Below, in pieces: positions 39,376 through 56,530 of a stretch of DNA of 64,000 nucleotides (its first letter is position 1; every line of letters starts with the position of its first letter). The notes beneath the pieces are model-generated. The model ran no database searches and had not been told where the DNA came from. It saw only the letters and a list, made by a program, of their open reading frames with translations. The stretch is from Eledone cirrhosa (lineage: Eukaryota). The position numbers and the translations under genes were made by a program. The stretch is from NCBI GenBank assembly GCA_964016885.1, contig OZ024742.1:366854001-366918000 (forward strand). Reading direction: 5' to 3'.

Positions 39376-39742
39376 AGAAGGTGAGTAATATTGTAGAACA
39401 ATAAAACTATGCATACATCAGATAAGTAGCACTCAACAGTTGCTAGAACTGGAGTATATATAATAAAGATGAAATAAACATGGTTATAAGAGTTCCATAT
39501 ATTTTATTATACGTATTTCGAATACAAAATCATCCTGGGACAGATGTTGTGTTCTCTTCAGATAAAAAATAAGGTACAATAATATGAGGCATAATACCAC
39601 TTGTTTATAGGAAAGTGCTACGTCTACATAAGTCATATATGTGTCATATATGTAGACTTAGCACTTCAGTACTACCAACTGTTGAGTGCTACTTATCTGA
39701 TATATGCATAGTTTTATTGTTCTACAATATTACTCACCTTCT
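39376..39742 (-). mobile_element. Family D-related element with ~75-bp terminal inverted tails and a hammerhead (39501-39567)
   Basis: Minus strand: TTTTAT-CTGAAGA-GAA..TTC-GAAA-TACGTA-TA-ATAAAA; 39376-39450 mirrors about 39668-39742. Confidence 0.75.
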
Positions 39743-39761
39743 ATATATATGTATATATATA

Positions 39762-40059
39762 TATAAGATCAAAAGATGGTTAAAAGAGTTCCAAGTATTT
39801 TATTATGCGCATTTCAAAAACAAATATCATCATGAGATGACATCTGCGTTTTCATCAGATAAAATAGGGATACATGATATGAAGGTTAAAAATCAATTGT
39901 GAATAGTGAAGATTTAAATCAACATATGAAAAGTAATTTAAGATTGATGTGTGATATTGGGAAAAAGTTAGGGGGGTTATATTGCAGTCCTACAAACTGT
40001 AGAGTGCTACTTATCCGATATTTGCATTGCTTTATTGTACTACAATAAAACTCACCTCC

Positions 40060-40062
<3 letters not shown>
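39762..40062 (+). mobile_element. Family D element: inverted body with hammerhead (39796-39866, minus) joined to a sense tail
   Basis: Comparison with 56071-56482; 8-bp stem I TATTTTAT/ATAAAATA. Confidence 0.78.
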
Positions 40063-40120
<58 letters not shown>

Positions 40121-40124
<4 letters not shown>

Positions 40125-41298
40125 CGTTTCAGAATTTGTTTAGCAAGATTCTTTATCTGAAAACGTGTGTTGAAACCGATATTGTTATACTTTGGGAGTG
40201 TCATGTTGCCAATAAGAAACACACGCACCAGTTGCTTTCACTTCAATTTATTATAATAAATTTATAAATTTAGGAATTTATAAATTTCTGGTTGGTTGGT
40301 TGGTTCCACAACCAGATAGTTGTCTATATATTGTCAAAGTTCTTTCGTCACACATTCTGTGACCTCTTCAGTGACTGGGGATTCTTTTCTTTGTTTTTTG
40401 TGCCTCTTCTTTGTTCTGTCCTACGCCATCTTGTTTCTGTGTGTGTGTTGTGTGCTTAGTTTGCGCATGTGTTACATCCGGGTGTCTGTGTGTGTTTATA
40501 TTCGTTTATTTATTTGTTTATTTACATGTTACAGGTTGGTTGTTTGTTCTATGTGTGTGTGTGTTTTCATTTTGTCCTTAATTGTAAGTTGTGATGTTGC
40601 TGTTCCACTCATGTTTTCTATTTAATTTTGGTTGTAATTCTTGTATGTTTATTGCCTCTGTGATTTGCCTAAACATTGCGTCTTTTCTGTGTGTAGATTC
40701 TATTTTTATTTCTATGTTCTCTAATTTACCCTTGTGTTCAATTTTAGCATGTTGGTAGAGTACAGATGATTCTTTACTATCTTGAAGGTCTCGCCAGTGT
40801 TCATTTATCCGTTCCCCTACACTACGAGCTGTCTCACCTATGTATACTATATTCTTATCTCTACATTGTCCTTCAGTACATCTTATGCTATATACTACAT
40901 TTCTAGTTTTACAGTTAATATGGGGTCTTAATTTACAGATTATACATTTCTTATCTATACAGGGAGGTCTTTGAAAAGGGTATGTCTTGCTAATAAGTGT
41001 TTTTATGGAGGTACCTGGTCTTTCTACTATCTTAATATTGCGTTTATATTTATCTAGGGCCCTTTTAAATTTGTAAGCTAATTCACCTCTAGGGGTTGTA
41101 TCGATGAACATTACACTCTGGTATTTAACCAGAGCTCTGTGTTTAGTACAGGTATTCGATGGTTGGGGTGTTTGCTTGGGTAGTCTATAGTAACTCTAAT
41201 ACTCTGGTGGATCGAGTTAGCTATTTGCTGGATGCTTTCCATTGTGTTTCAACACACGTTTTCAGATAAAGAATCTTGCTAAACAAATTCAGAAACGA
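40121..41298 (-). mobile_element. 5'-truncated Penelope-like element related to PLE1 (PLE1b) with ~52-bp inverted termini
   Basis: GIY-YIG ORF; candidate hammerhead 40312-40378 (CTGAAGA-G-GTCACA/TGTGAC-GAAA); 40124-40176 mirrors 41246-41298. Confidence 0.88.
40578..41111 (-). pseudogene. PLE1b Zn-knuckle + GIY-YIG endonuclease
   Basis: CIDKKCIIC, NVVYSIRC, YIGET and RQITEA motifs; clearly homologous to 21548-22204. Confidence 0.9.
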
Positions 41299-41322
41299 TA
41301 TATATATATACATATATATAAA

Positions 41323-41358
<36 letters not shown>

Positions 41359-41361
<3 letters not shown>

Positions 41362-41932
41362 GGGTTGCAGTCAGGCGAGCTGGGAGGCCATATCTCAGGT
41401 GAAGTGTGGTCGACGAAGTTCAATGACAACCAGGCTTGGTTATTTAGGCCGGTATGGCAGGGCGCTGAGTCTTGCTGCCACACGTACGGCCTACCTGGAG
41501 CTACCTGGTCGATCCAGGGCGTTACTACCTCCCTCAGAAAGCGGATGTAGTCATCGGTGTTCAGCTTGGGGCCCTCAGAGAAGAAGTGAGGTGGTATGAC
41601 GTCACATTGACTGCTGACGACACCTAAGACCAATGTTGTCGCTGGGAACTTTGTCTGCATGACTCTGGGCACGTCTTTGGATGAGACAGCGAGCCACCTG
41701 TTGTTCTGGGAGTTGATATTCTGGTCTTATTTGTTCTCCCGGTGCGGATTCCCAGAACAACTCCGCGTCTCTTCCACAAATTTGGAGGTTCAAAATTATT
41801 CATAATCAATTATTCTGAAAATAAATAATGGAAATATAGTCACTGTTTTTATGAAGACAGGAGTGACAACGGAATTAAAAAATATTTGCATAAAATTAGC
41901 AGTTGACAACTGCGAACAAACATCGTCCGCAC

Positions 41933-41936
<4 letters not shown>
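41359..41936 (-). mobile_element. Deleted Tc1/mariner (maT/DD37D-like) DNA transposon
   Basis: YVWQQDSAPCH...WPPSSPDCNP catalytic region; TA-CAGAGTGCGGAC terminus at 41936. Confidence 0.85.
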
Positions 41937-41994
<58 letters not shown>

Positions 41995-42551
41995 CAATAA
42001 AAAATCAATAATAATGAGTTCAAATCTCAGGCGATCATTTATAATGAAGAAAGACTATTCTGAGCCGTGTAATATAGGTTAACACGAATCAATATATTTG
42101 ATAAACACAAATATCCTCATATTTATGTTTGTATTGTAAATGACCAAGTTAGCTAGATAGAAATATACTAATAATAATATTACAGTTTGACTATCATGAC
42201 TTAAGATAATACATCATAAATCAACAAATACAAATTGTATTGGCAATGGCCGTAGTGCTTGGACACATTTAAATTTCAAAATCAAACCTATTCCGTGGAC
42301 AGGTTTAAACCTTAAAATACAAATATGTTTCGAATAATGAAAAAGTGGAAGAAACTACCGCATTTTGATCTCCTCAGCAAGCACTGTAACAATTGGTATG
42401 TTCCACTTCAAAATATTTAGGAAGACTGTTTAGCGCACGAGGTAACCTCATGCGGTTATCCAGTGTTTAGCTAGCCACATACTCGTGCTGCTAGAAATAA
42501 CAGCCGTTTGTATGGGGCTAAAATCAGCTCAACGAAGGAGCAGTGAAAAAT

Positions 42552-45500
42552 CACGATATCACATGGACACAATACCGACCACTGTACACCGATATCACAG
42601 AGACATAATACCTAGCACTGTACCACGATATCACAGAGACACAATACCTAGCACTGTACCACGATACCACAGAGACACAATACCTAGCACTGTACCACGA
42701 TATCACAGAGACACAATACCTAGCACTGTACCACGATATCACATGGACACAATACCTAGCACTGTACCACGATATCACATGGACACAACAGCTAGCACTG
42801 TACCACGATACCACAGAGACACAATACCTAGCACTGTACCACGATATCACAGAGACACAGTACCTAGCACTGTACCACGATATCACAGAGACACAGTACC
42901 TAGCACTGTACCACGATATCACTGGGACACAATACCTAGCACTGTACCACGATACCACAGAGACACAATACCTAGCACTGTACCACGATATCACAGAGAC
43001 ACAGTACCTAGCACTGTACCACGATACCACAGAGACACAGTACCTAGCACTGTACCACGATATCACAGAGACACAGTACCTAGCACTGTACCACGATATC
43101 ACAGAGACACAATACCGACCATTGTACCACGATATCACATGGACACAATACCTAGCACTGTACCACGATACCACAGAGACACAATACCTAGCACTGTACC
43201 ACGATATCACAGAGACACAATACCTAGCACTGTACCACGATATCACAGAGACACAGTACCTAGCACTGTACCACGATACCACAGAGACACAGTACCTAGC
43301 ACTGTACCACGATATCACAGAGACACATTACCTAGCACTGTACCACGATATCACAGAGACACAATACCTAGCACTGTACCACGATATCACAGAGACACAA
43401 TACCTAGCACTGTACCACGATATCACAGAGACACAATACCTAGCACTGTACCACGATATCACAGAGACACAATACCTAGCACTGTACCACGATATCACAG
43501 AGACACAATACCTAGCACTGTACCACGATATCACAGAGACACAATACCTAGCACTGTACCACGATATCACAGAGACACAATACCTAGCACTGTACCACGA
43601 TACCACAGAGACACAGTACCTAGCACTGTACCACGATATCACAGAGACACAGTACCTAGCACTGTACCACGATATCACAGAGACACAGTACCTAGCACTG
43701 TACCACGATATCACAGAGACACAATACCTAGCACTGTACCACGATATCACAGAGACACAGTACCTAGCACTGTACCACGATATCACAGAGACACAGTACC
43801 TAGCACTGCACCACGATATCACAGAGACACAGTACCTAGCACTGTACCACGATATCACTGGGACACAATACCTAGCACTGTACCACGATATCACAGAGAC
43901 ACAGTACCTAGCACTGTACCACGATATCACAGAGACACAATACCTAGCACTGTACCACGATATCACAGAGACACAGTACCTAGCACTGTACCACGATATC
44001 ACAGAGACACAGTACCTAGCACTGTACCACGATATCACAGAGACACAGTACCTAGCACTGTACCACGATATCACAGAGACACAATACCTAGCACTGTACC
44101 ACGATATCACAGAGACACAATACCTAGCACTGTACACCGATATCACAGAGACACAGTACCTAGCACTGTACCACGATATCACAGAGACACAATACCGACC
44201 ATTGTACCACGATATCACATGGACACAATACCTAGCACTGTACCACGATATCACAGAGACACAGTACCTAGCACTGTACCACGATATCACAGAGACACAA
44301 TACCTAGCACTGTACCACGATATCACAGAGACACAGTACCTAGCACTGTACCACGATATCACAGAGACACAGTACCTAGCACTGCACCACGATATCACAG
44401 AGACACAGTACCTAGCACTGTACCACGATATCACATGGACACAGTACCTAGCACTGTACCACGATATCACAGAGACACAATACCTAGCACTGTACCACGA
44501 TATCACAGAGACACAGTACCTAGCACTGTACCACGATATCACAGAGACACAGTACCTAGCACTGTACCACGATATCACAGAGACACAGTACCTAGCACTG
44601 TACCACGATATCACAGAGACACAATACCTAGCACTGTACCACGATATCACAGAGACACAATACCTAGCACTGTACCACGATATCACATGGACACAGTACC
44701 TAGTACTGTACCACGATATCACAGAGACACAATACCGACCATTGTACCACGATATCACAGAGACACAATACCTAGCACTGTACCACGATATCACAGAGAC
44801 ACAATACCTAGCACTGTACCACGATATCACAGAGACACAATACCTAGCACTGTACCACGATATCACATGGACACAATACCTACCACTGTACCACGATATC
44901 ACATGGACACAGTACCTAGCACTGTACCACGATATCACATGGACACAATACCTAGCACTGTACCACGATATCACATGGACGCAGTACCTAGCACTGTACC
45001 ACGATATCACATGGACACAATACCTACCACTGTACCACGATATCACATGGACACAGTACCTAGCACTGGACCACGATATCACATGGACACAATACCTACC
45101 ACTGTACCACGATATCACATGGACACAGTACCTAGCACTGTACCACGATATCACATGGACACAATACCTAGCACTGTACCACGATATCACATGGACACAG
45201 TACCTAGCACTGTACCACGATATCACATGGACACAATACCTAGCACTGTACCACGATATCACAGAGACACAATACCTAGCACTGTACCACGATATCACAG
45301 GGACACAATACCTACCACTGTACCACGATATCACAGAGACACAATACCTAGCACTGTACCACGATATCACAGAGAAACAATACCTAGCACTGTACCACGA
45401 TATCACAGAGACACAATACCTAGCACTGTACCACGATATCACAGAGACACAATACCTAGCACTGTACCACGATATCACTGGGACACAATACCTAGCACTG

Positions 45501-47719
45501 TACCACGATATCACAGAGACACAATACCTAGCACTGTACCACGATATCACAGAGACACAATACCTAGCACTGTACCACGATATCACTGGGACACAATACC
45601 TAGCACTGTACCACGATATCACAGAGACACAATACCTAGCACTGTACCACGATATCACAGAGACACAATACCTAGCACTGTACCACGATATCACAGAGAC
45701 ACAATACCTAGCACTGTACCACGATATCACTGGGACACAATACCTAGCACTGTACCACGATATCACAGAGACACAATACCTAGCACTGTACCACGATATC
45801 ACTGGGACACAATACCTAGCACTGTACCACGATATCACAGAGACACAATACCTAGCACTGTACCACGATATCACAGAGACACAATACCTAGCACTGTACC
45901 ACGATATCACAGAGACACAATACCTAGCACTGTACCACGATATCACAGAGACACAATACCTAGCACTGTACCACGATATCACAGAGACACAATACCTAGC
46001 ACTGTACACCGATATCACAGAGACACAATACCTAGCACTGCACCACGATATCACAGAGACACAATACCTAGCACTGTACCACGATATCACAGAGACACAG
46101 TACCTAGCACTGTACCACGATATCACTGGGACACAATACCTAGCACTGTACCACGATACCACAGAGACACAATACCTAGCACTGTACCACGATATCACAG
46201 AGACACAGTACCTAGCACTGTACCACGATATCACAGAGACACAATACCTAGCACTGTACCACGATATCACAGAGACACAATACCTAGCACTGCACCACGA
46301 TATCACTGGGACACAATACCTAGCACTGTACCACGATATCACAGAGACACAATACCTAGCACTGTACCACGATATCACAGAGACACAATACCTAGCACTG
46401 TACCACGATATCACAGAGACACAATACCTAGCACTGCACCACGATATCACAGAGACACAATACCTAGCACTGTACCACGATACCACAGAGACACAGTACC
46501 TAGCACTGTACCACGATATCACAGAGACACAGTACCTAGCACTGTACCACGATATCACAGAGACACAATACCTAGCACTGTACCACGATATCACAGAGAC
46601 ACAATACCTAGCACTGTACCACGATATCACAGAGACACAATACCTAGCACTGCACCACGATATCACAGAGACACAATACCTAGCACTGTACCACGATACC
46701 ACAGAGACACAGTACCTAGCACTGTACCACGATATCACAGAGACACAATACCTAGCACTGCACCACGATATCACAGAGACACAATACCTAGCACTGTACC
46801 ACGATATCACAGAGACACAATACCGACCATTGTACCACGATATCACATGGACACACTACCTAGCACTGTACCACGATATCACAGAGACACAGTACCTAGC
46901 ACTGTACCACGATATCACAGAGACACAATACCTAGCACTGTACCACGATATCACAGAGACACAATACCTAGCACTGTACCACGATATCACAGAGACACAA
47001 TACCTAGCACTGTACCACGATATCACAGAGACACAATACCTAGCACTGTACCACGATATCACAGAGACACAATACCTAGCACTGTACCACGATATCACAG
47101 AGACACAATACCTAGCACTGTACCACGATATCACAGAGACACAATACCTAGCACTGTACCACGATATCACAGAGACACAATACCTAGCACTGTACCACGA
47201 TATCACAGAGACACAGTACCTAGCACTGTACCACGATATCACAGAGACACAATACCTAGCACTGCACCACGATATCACAGAGACACAATACCCAGCATTG
47301 TACCACGATATCACAGGGACACAATACCGACCACTGTACCACGATATCACAGAGACACAGTACCTAGCACTGTACCACGATATCACAGAGACACAGTACC
47401 TAGCACTGTACCACGATATCACATGGACACAGTACCTAGCACTGTACCACGATATCACAGAGACACAATACCTAGCACTGTACCACGATATCACAGAGAC
47501 ACAATACCTAGCACTGTACCACGATATCACTGGGACACAGTACCTACCACTGTACACCGATATCACTGGGACACAGTACCTAGCACTGTACCACGATATC
47601 ACTGGGACACAATACCTAGCACTGTACCACGATATCACAGAGACACAATACCTAGCATTGTACCACGATATCACATGGACACAGTACCTACCACTGTACC
47701 ACGATATCACAGAGACACA
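42552..47719. repeat. 36-bp minisatellite, about 143 copies (CCTAGCACTGTACCACGATATCACAGAGACACAATA)
   Basis: 12-aa periodicity in three reading frames. Confidence 0.97.
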
Positions 47720-47814
47720 TTCGTTATATATACATATATATATAGTATTAAGGATACTATTTATGGTTATGTATATACTAAAACATTTTATAGTTATATA
47801 TATTTTAAACCCTA

Positions 47815-48244
47815 AACAGTGAAAGACAGTAATTTATTACTACCTTATTACCAGTAGGATAAATAGCTCAATGTAATAACATCAGTTATTCTACAGAGCA
47901 GTTATATAGAATTCACATGAATCAAAGTTCTGTTCAAACCATTTATTAGCTTACAATTGTTTCATCCAAACCGAGTTTTCAGTCTTCGGAGCAATTTTTC
48001 ACTGTTTGTTTACATACATGACATATTATACATTACATATTCTGTTTTAATATGATTTTGATATTTGAATTTAAATTGCCATGCAAAAATATTATAATGG
48101 ATGTCACGCCACTGTGCATAGATATATACATATGTATCTGTATGTCTCTTGTTTTGGAAAGAATCCAAACCTCAGTTTGGATGAAACAATTGTAAGCTAA
48201 TAAATGGTTTGAACAGAACTTTGATTCATGTGAATTCTATATAA
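47815..48244 (-). mobile_element. Family H Penelope-derived element with ~70-bp inverted arms
   Basis: 47902-47971 mirrors 48175-48244; degenerate hammerhead ATCCAAAC/GTTTGGAT-GAAA-CAATTG-TA-AGC; tail to the left. Confidence 0.65.
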
Positions 48245-49541
48245 ATATATATATATATGTATGTATATTCTTCTGGTTTTATAATTTCATGAATTTTTCC
48301 CAATAGAGAGAGAGTCGGTTTCTAACATAGACACAAGACTCTCTGATTGGAATTTACATAACATCATCTAGGTAGATATGTATGTGTGGATGTGTATGTA
48401 TGTATGTGTGGATGTGTATGTATGTATGTATGTATGTATGTATGTATGTATGTATGTATGTATGTATGTATGTATGTATGTATGTATGTATGTGTGTACA
48501 TATGTATGTGTATGTATGTGTGTAGTGACGTAGCTACAGTGTTGATGTCAGCCAATTTTACTCAGAATAAACCAGATTCTAGAGTTTTCTGTCAGAGCTA
48601 ATTAAGACATTTGTTTTTCCTGTGTAAATATGGATGTGATTAGGTGTTTATTGGAAATCTAAGAGGCATACTCATACTTCCATACATCTCCCTATATATA
48701 TATATATATAAGTGTCATATATATATACATGGATCATATATATATATACATGGGTCTTATATATATATATATATACATTGGTCATATATATATATATATA
48801 CATGGTTCTTATATATATATATATACATGGGTCTTACATATATATATATATATATATATACATGGGTCATATATATATATACATGGGTCTTATATATATA
48901 TACATGGGTCATATATATATATATATACATGGGTCCTTTATATATACATTGGTACGGTCACATGTGTAGAGATAGAGTTAATTTCTTGTGGGTGTACATA
49001 CAAGCATGTGTGCGTGTGTGTAGGTGTGTATATACGTGTATGACATTTTGGGTGGGTGTGTATGTGTATGTTTACGTTTGAGTGTAATTGCGTTGTTGTG
49101 TTTTAGGATGTTGTTAGTTATTATGTAGTGTATGTGAGTGTGATTATATATAAACTTGTATGACTATATGTGTGTGTGAATGTCGCTGGGAATGTCAGTG
49201 TGTTTATGTATAAGTTTGTAAGACTGCCTGTATGTGTGTGAATGTCAGTGTGTGTATGTATAAGCCTGTATGTGTGTGAATGTCGGTACCAAATGGGAAG
49301 GAGGTTGTGATTGAAGAATTCGTGGGATGGAAGTGTAGTTGTCAGTAAATATAACTCGTATAAACGTCTCAAGATGACAGTCTGGTGATATGGTAAATAC
49401 TGGGGTTGGAACCTTAGGTAACGCTTTAGTTCCGTGTATGAACATAAATAAATATATTATATATGATATATTATATATATACTGTATACATATATATATA
49501 CGTATATATATATTTACATATATATAGATATACATACATAT

Positions 49542-49586
<45 letters not shown>

Positions 49587-49713
49587 AAAGTTCTATTTAA
49601 ATTGTTGGGATACAACAAGTAAATATTTTTATAACTGATATAAAGCACTCGACAAGTATTTGGAGTAGATATACGATATTAATAAATGGAAACTATATTT
49701 ATAAAACCATATT

Positions 49714-49778
49714 TATTTCATTATACATATTTCAGGGATACCAAATTAAATTATGGTATGCCTTCATCAGACAAAATA
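49714..49778 (-). ncRNA. Hammerhead ribozyme in a family B copy (element from about 49583)
   Basis: TATTTTGT-CTGATGA-AGG..CCT-GAAA-TATGTA-TA-ATGAAATA. Confidence 0.75.
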
Positions 49779-50154
49779 CAATATATAACAGTTTTACAAA
49801 TAAGCTTTGACGTACCCTTTTAAAATGCGACCATTATTTTTGGAGGCCATCTGGATAGTGAATTGTTTATAGTATTTTAATAAGTCTTAGGGTAAAGGAC
49901 AATTAGAAAAAGACGGAGAGAAAGAAAAAAGACGGAGAGAGAGAAAAAACAAAACCTGACAAAGGGTGGAAGAACTGATAAGAGTCAACGGCCATCCAAA
50001 GGTGTGTAAATATGTATATACACATGTACATATATATGTATATGTATATGTGTATATACATGGATGCATGTGTATGTATATGTAAATATGTACATACACA
50101 TGTACATATATATGTATATGTATATGTGTATATACATGTGTACATGTGTATTTA

Positions 50155-50445
50155 TATGCGCGGGGACATAGAGATAGTCGGGCTGGACACCCGATGGCGG
50201 GGTTAAACCATTAGGAGTGAAGGATCCCTAGCCTTTGTCAGGGCATTCTTCTAGGAGAAGGCAACTCAGGAAACTGGGATAACTCCGATATAAAACCTAC
50301 AGCTCAGTAGTTACCGATGATGTTGATATTTTCTTCTTTTCAGGTTACAGCTACTGTCGCTCAGAGAGTGGGATTGGCTCAGTGCACAGTCTTTCCTCAC
50401 TTTAAAAAATATATCCACGCACAGGCATTGCACGATAGAATTAAT
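50155..50445 (+). mobile_element. Possible RTE-derived non-autonomous element
   Basis: GC-richer island with GGGCATTCTTCTAGGAGAAGGCAACTC, reminiscent of RTE 5'UTR-derived elements; recognised from memory only. Confidence 0.3.
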
Positions 50446-50730
50446 TAATAATTATTAATAATGGTATATCGTGCAATATCATATATCTACACATATATAT
50501 CGTGCAATATCATATATATACACATATATATATTTGTGAAGGCGTGTGGCTGAGTGGTTAGAGAATTGGATCCGTAATTGTGAGGTTGTGAGTTCGATTC
50601 CCGTCCCGAGCGATGCGTTATGTCCTTGAGCAAGACACTTTATTTCACGTTGCGACTGATAGATAGTATTAGCAATTGGAAAGACCAATGGAAACATCGT
50701 TTCCTTGGTCCGATTTGATGATAGTCGATC

Positions 50731-50759
<29 letters not shown>

Positions 50760-50763
<4 letters not shown>

Positions 50764-51432
50764 TTATTCCGGGTTGAATCGGGGATAACCACAGTAAGTA
50801 AGGTACTCAATACATAGCAGAGTATAAAAGTTTTAATGAACTCCCTTTTCTTTAAATCCTTCAACCAATGACCTACACCCATCCCAACATCCACCCTCTC
50901 CTACCACTAGATAAGGAAAGATATAAATACTACCATTTTACTTGGACAGCCAGCTTCCTGGTGATTTCTCACGAATGAAACAGTTCTAGTCCTGTAGAAG
51001 CTCTTCTATATTAAAACTATATATCTATATCAAAAACCTCGCAAAACTAATTCATCGCCGTTATATGTCTATATCTATATAGAACAACAACAACACCCAA
51101 ACAAACAACACTGACCTAAGAGAAGTATAAATAAGTAAATAAAATAAAATAATATAAGATAAATAAATACATACACAAGCACAATAACAACAAGCACATA
51201 ATTAGTTTTGCGAGGTTTTTGATATAGATATATAGTTTTAATATAGAAGAGCTTCTACAGGACTAGAACTGTTTCATTCGTGAGAAATCACCAGGAAGCT
51301 GGCTGTCCAAGTAAAATGGTAGTATTTATATCTTTCCTTATCTGGTGGTAGGAGAGGGTGGAGGTTGGGATGGGTGTAGGTCATTGGTTGAAGGATTTAA
51401 AGAAAAGGGAGTTCATTAAAACTTTTATACTC
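50760..51432. repeat. Composite ~232-bp inverted duplication of a family F element plus PLE1 tail, with PLE1 3'UTR as spacer
   Basis: 50820-51052 mirrors 51200-51432; 51082-51199 matches about 22157-22290. Confidence 0.85.
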
Positions 51433-51620
51433 AAGGGCGGTGGATTGGCAGTATCGGTAGAGGGTCGGACGCCATGCTTTCCAGCATAGTTACGTCCCTT
51501 TACCATCTGAGTTCAAATCCCGCCGAGGTTGACTTTGCCTTTCATCCTTACGGGGTCGATAAAATAAAGTACCAGTAATGCACTGGTAATTGCTGGCCTT
51601 GTGCCTAAAGTAGAAACAGT
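51433..51620 (+). mobile_element. Main-family SINE, full length
   Basis: GGCGGTGGATTGGCAGTATCGG start, B-box, core and tail. Confidence 0.88.
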
Positions 51621-51624
51621 TATA

Positions 51625-51666
<42 letters not shown>

Positions 51667-51667
<1 letters not shown>

Positions 51668-52668
51668 CGGCGATGAATTAGTTTAGCGAGGTTTTTTATA
51701 TGAAATCGTGTGTCGAAACAGATATTGTTATACTTGGGGAGGGTCATATTTGCGTAATATTGCCAGAATTAATAACAGAACACACTCACTGTTTGGTTGG
51801 TTTTCGCTTCTCGCTGTCTTTTATATCTGCGATCTAACTTACTCGGTCCTCAATGTTGCCATTGAATGACCGACGGTCAAAAATAATACAGATACAATAT
51901 AGACACATACACATATATATAGTTTACATAATTTACATAAATCTTTCGTTGCACATCTGCAACATCGTCAGTGGTGTTATTTTCTTTGTTCCCCCTGTTG
52001 TGTTGTATGTCTACGCCATTTTTTATTCAGTCTGTCTATATATTTATTTATTTATTTGCTTGTTTGTTTATCTTATTTTATTTTGTCTTCTTTGCGCATG
52101 CGTTTGCGTGTGTGTATAGTGTTATGTGTGCTGTGTGACTAGTGTATATAGTGTTGTGTCTGCTGGGTGACTAGTGTGTATTTATGTGCTTGTTGTTATT
52201 GTGCTTGTGTATGTATTTATTTATCTTATATTATTTTATTTTATTTACTTATTTATACTTCTCTTAGGTCAGTGTTGTTTGTTTGGGTGTTGTTGTTGTT
52301 CCACTCATTCTTTCTGTTTAGCTTTGGTCTTCTAATTTCTATTTCACTGGCCTCTCTGATTTGCCTATCTGCTGGGTCATTCCTATGTTTAGATATTATT
52401 CTAATTTCTATGTTGTCTATGCTACCGTCATGTTGTTGTCTAGCATGTTCGTATAGTACTGACCCGTTTTTTTTTTTTTTTTTTTTTTTTGTGTCTATAT
52501 TGTATCTGTATTATTTTTGACCGTCGGTCAGTCAATGACAACATTGAGGACCGAGTAAGTTAGATCGCAGATATAAAAGACAGCGAGAAGCGAAAACCAA
52601 CCAAACTGAGTGTGTTCTGTTATTAATTCTGGCAATATTACGCAAATATGACCCTCCCCAAGTATAAC
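51667..52668 (-). mobile_element. Second, shorter PLE1 copy with inverted 5' pseudo-LTR
   Basis: Near-identical to about 21985-22805; inverted arm 52490-52668 joined through a T-run. Confidence 0.93.
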
Positions 52669-52688
52669 TATATATATATATATATATA

Positions 52689-55906
<3,218 letters not shown>

Positions 55907-55980
55907 AGTAGGAACGCAACAGTTAGTTCACCATACCGAGGAACAATTGTTTCACCTTACCGGATCCTCAGTTCGTACTG

Positions 55981-56070
<90 letters not shown>

Positions 56071-56075
<5 letters not shown>

Positions 56076-56479
56076 AGATCAAAAGATGGTTAAAGGAGTT
56101 CCATGTATTTTATTATGCGCATTTCAAAAACAAACATCATCATGCAATAATATTTGTGTTTTCATCAGATAAAACAGGAGAACATGATATGAAGGCTAAA
56201 AAACACTTGTGGATAGTGCAGTTTTAAATCAACATATCCACTGCACTATCCACAAGTGTTTTTTAGCCTTCATATCATGTTCTCCTGTTTTATCTGATGA
56301 AAACACAAATATTATTGCATGATGATGTTTGTTTTTGAAATGCGCATAATAAAATACATGGAACTCCTTTAACCATCTTTTGATCTTATATATTATGTAT
56401 ACTCCAGTCCTACAAACTGTAGAGTGCTTCTTATCCGATATCTGCATTGCTTTATTGTACTACAATAAAACTCACCTCC

Positions 56480-56482
<3 letters not shown>
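56071..56482 (+). mobile_element. Family D fold-back mini-element
   Basis: About 151-bp arms 56071-56221/56241-56391, tail to 56482, (TA)n on both sides. Confidence 0.85.
56286..56356 (+). ncRNA. Minimal type I hammerhead ribozyme (family D)
   Basis: TGTTTTAT-CTGATGA-long stem II-GAAA-TGCGCA-TA-ATAAAATA with palindromic stem III. Confidence 0.82.

Positions 56483-56530
<48 letters not shown>

Noticed and set aside
51433-51530. tRNA genes
   Set aside because: A/B boxes belong to SINE heads; no cloverleaf can be formed.
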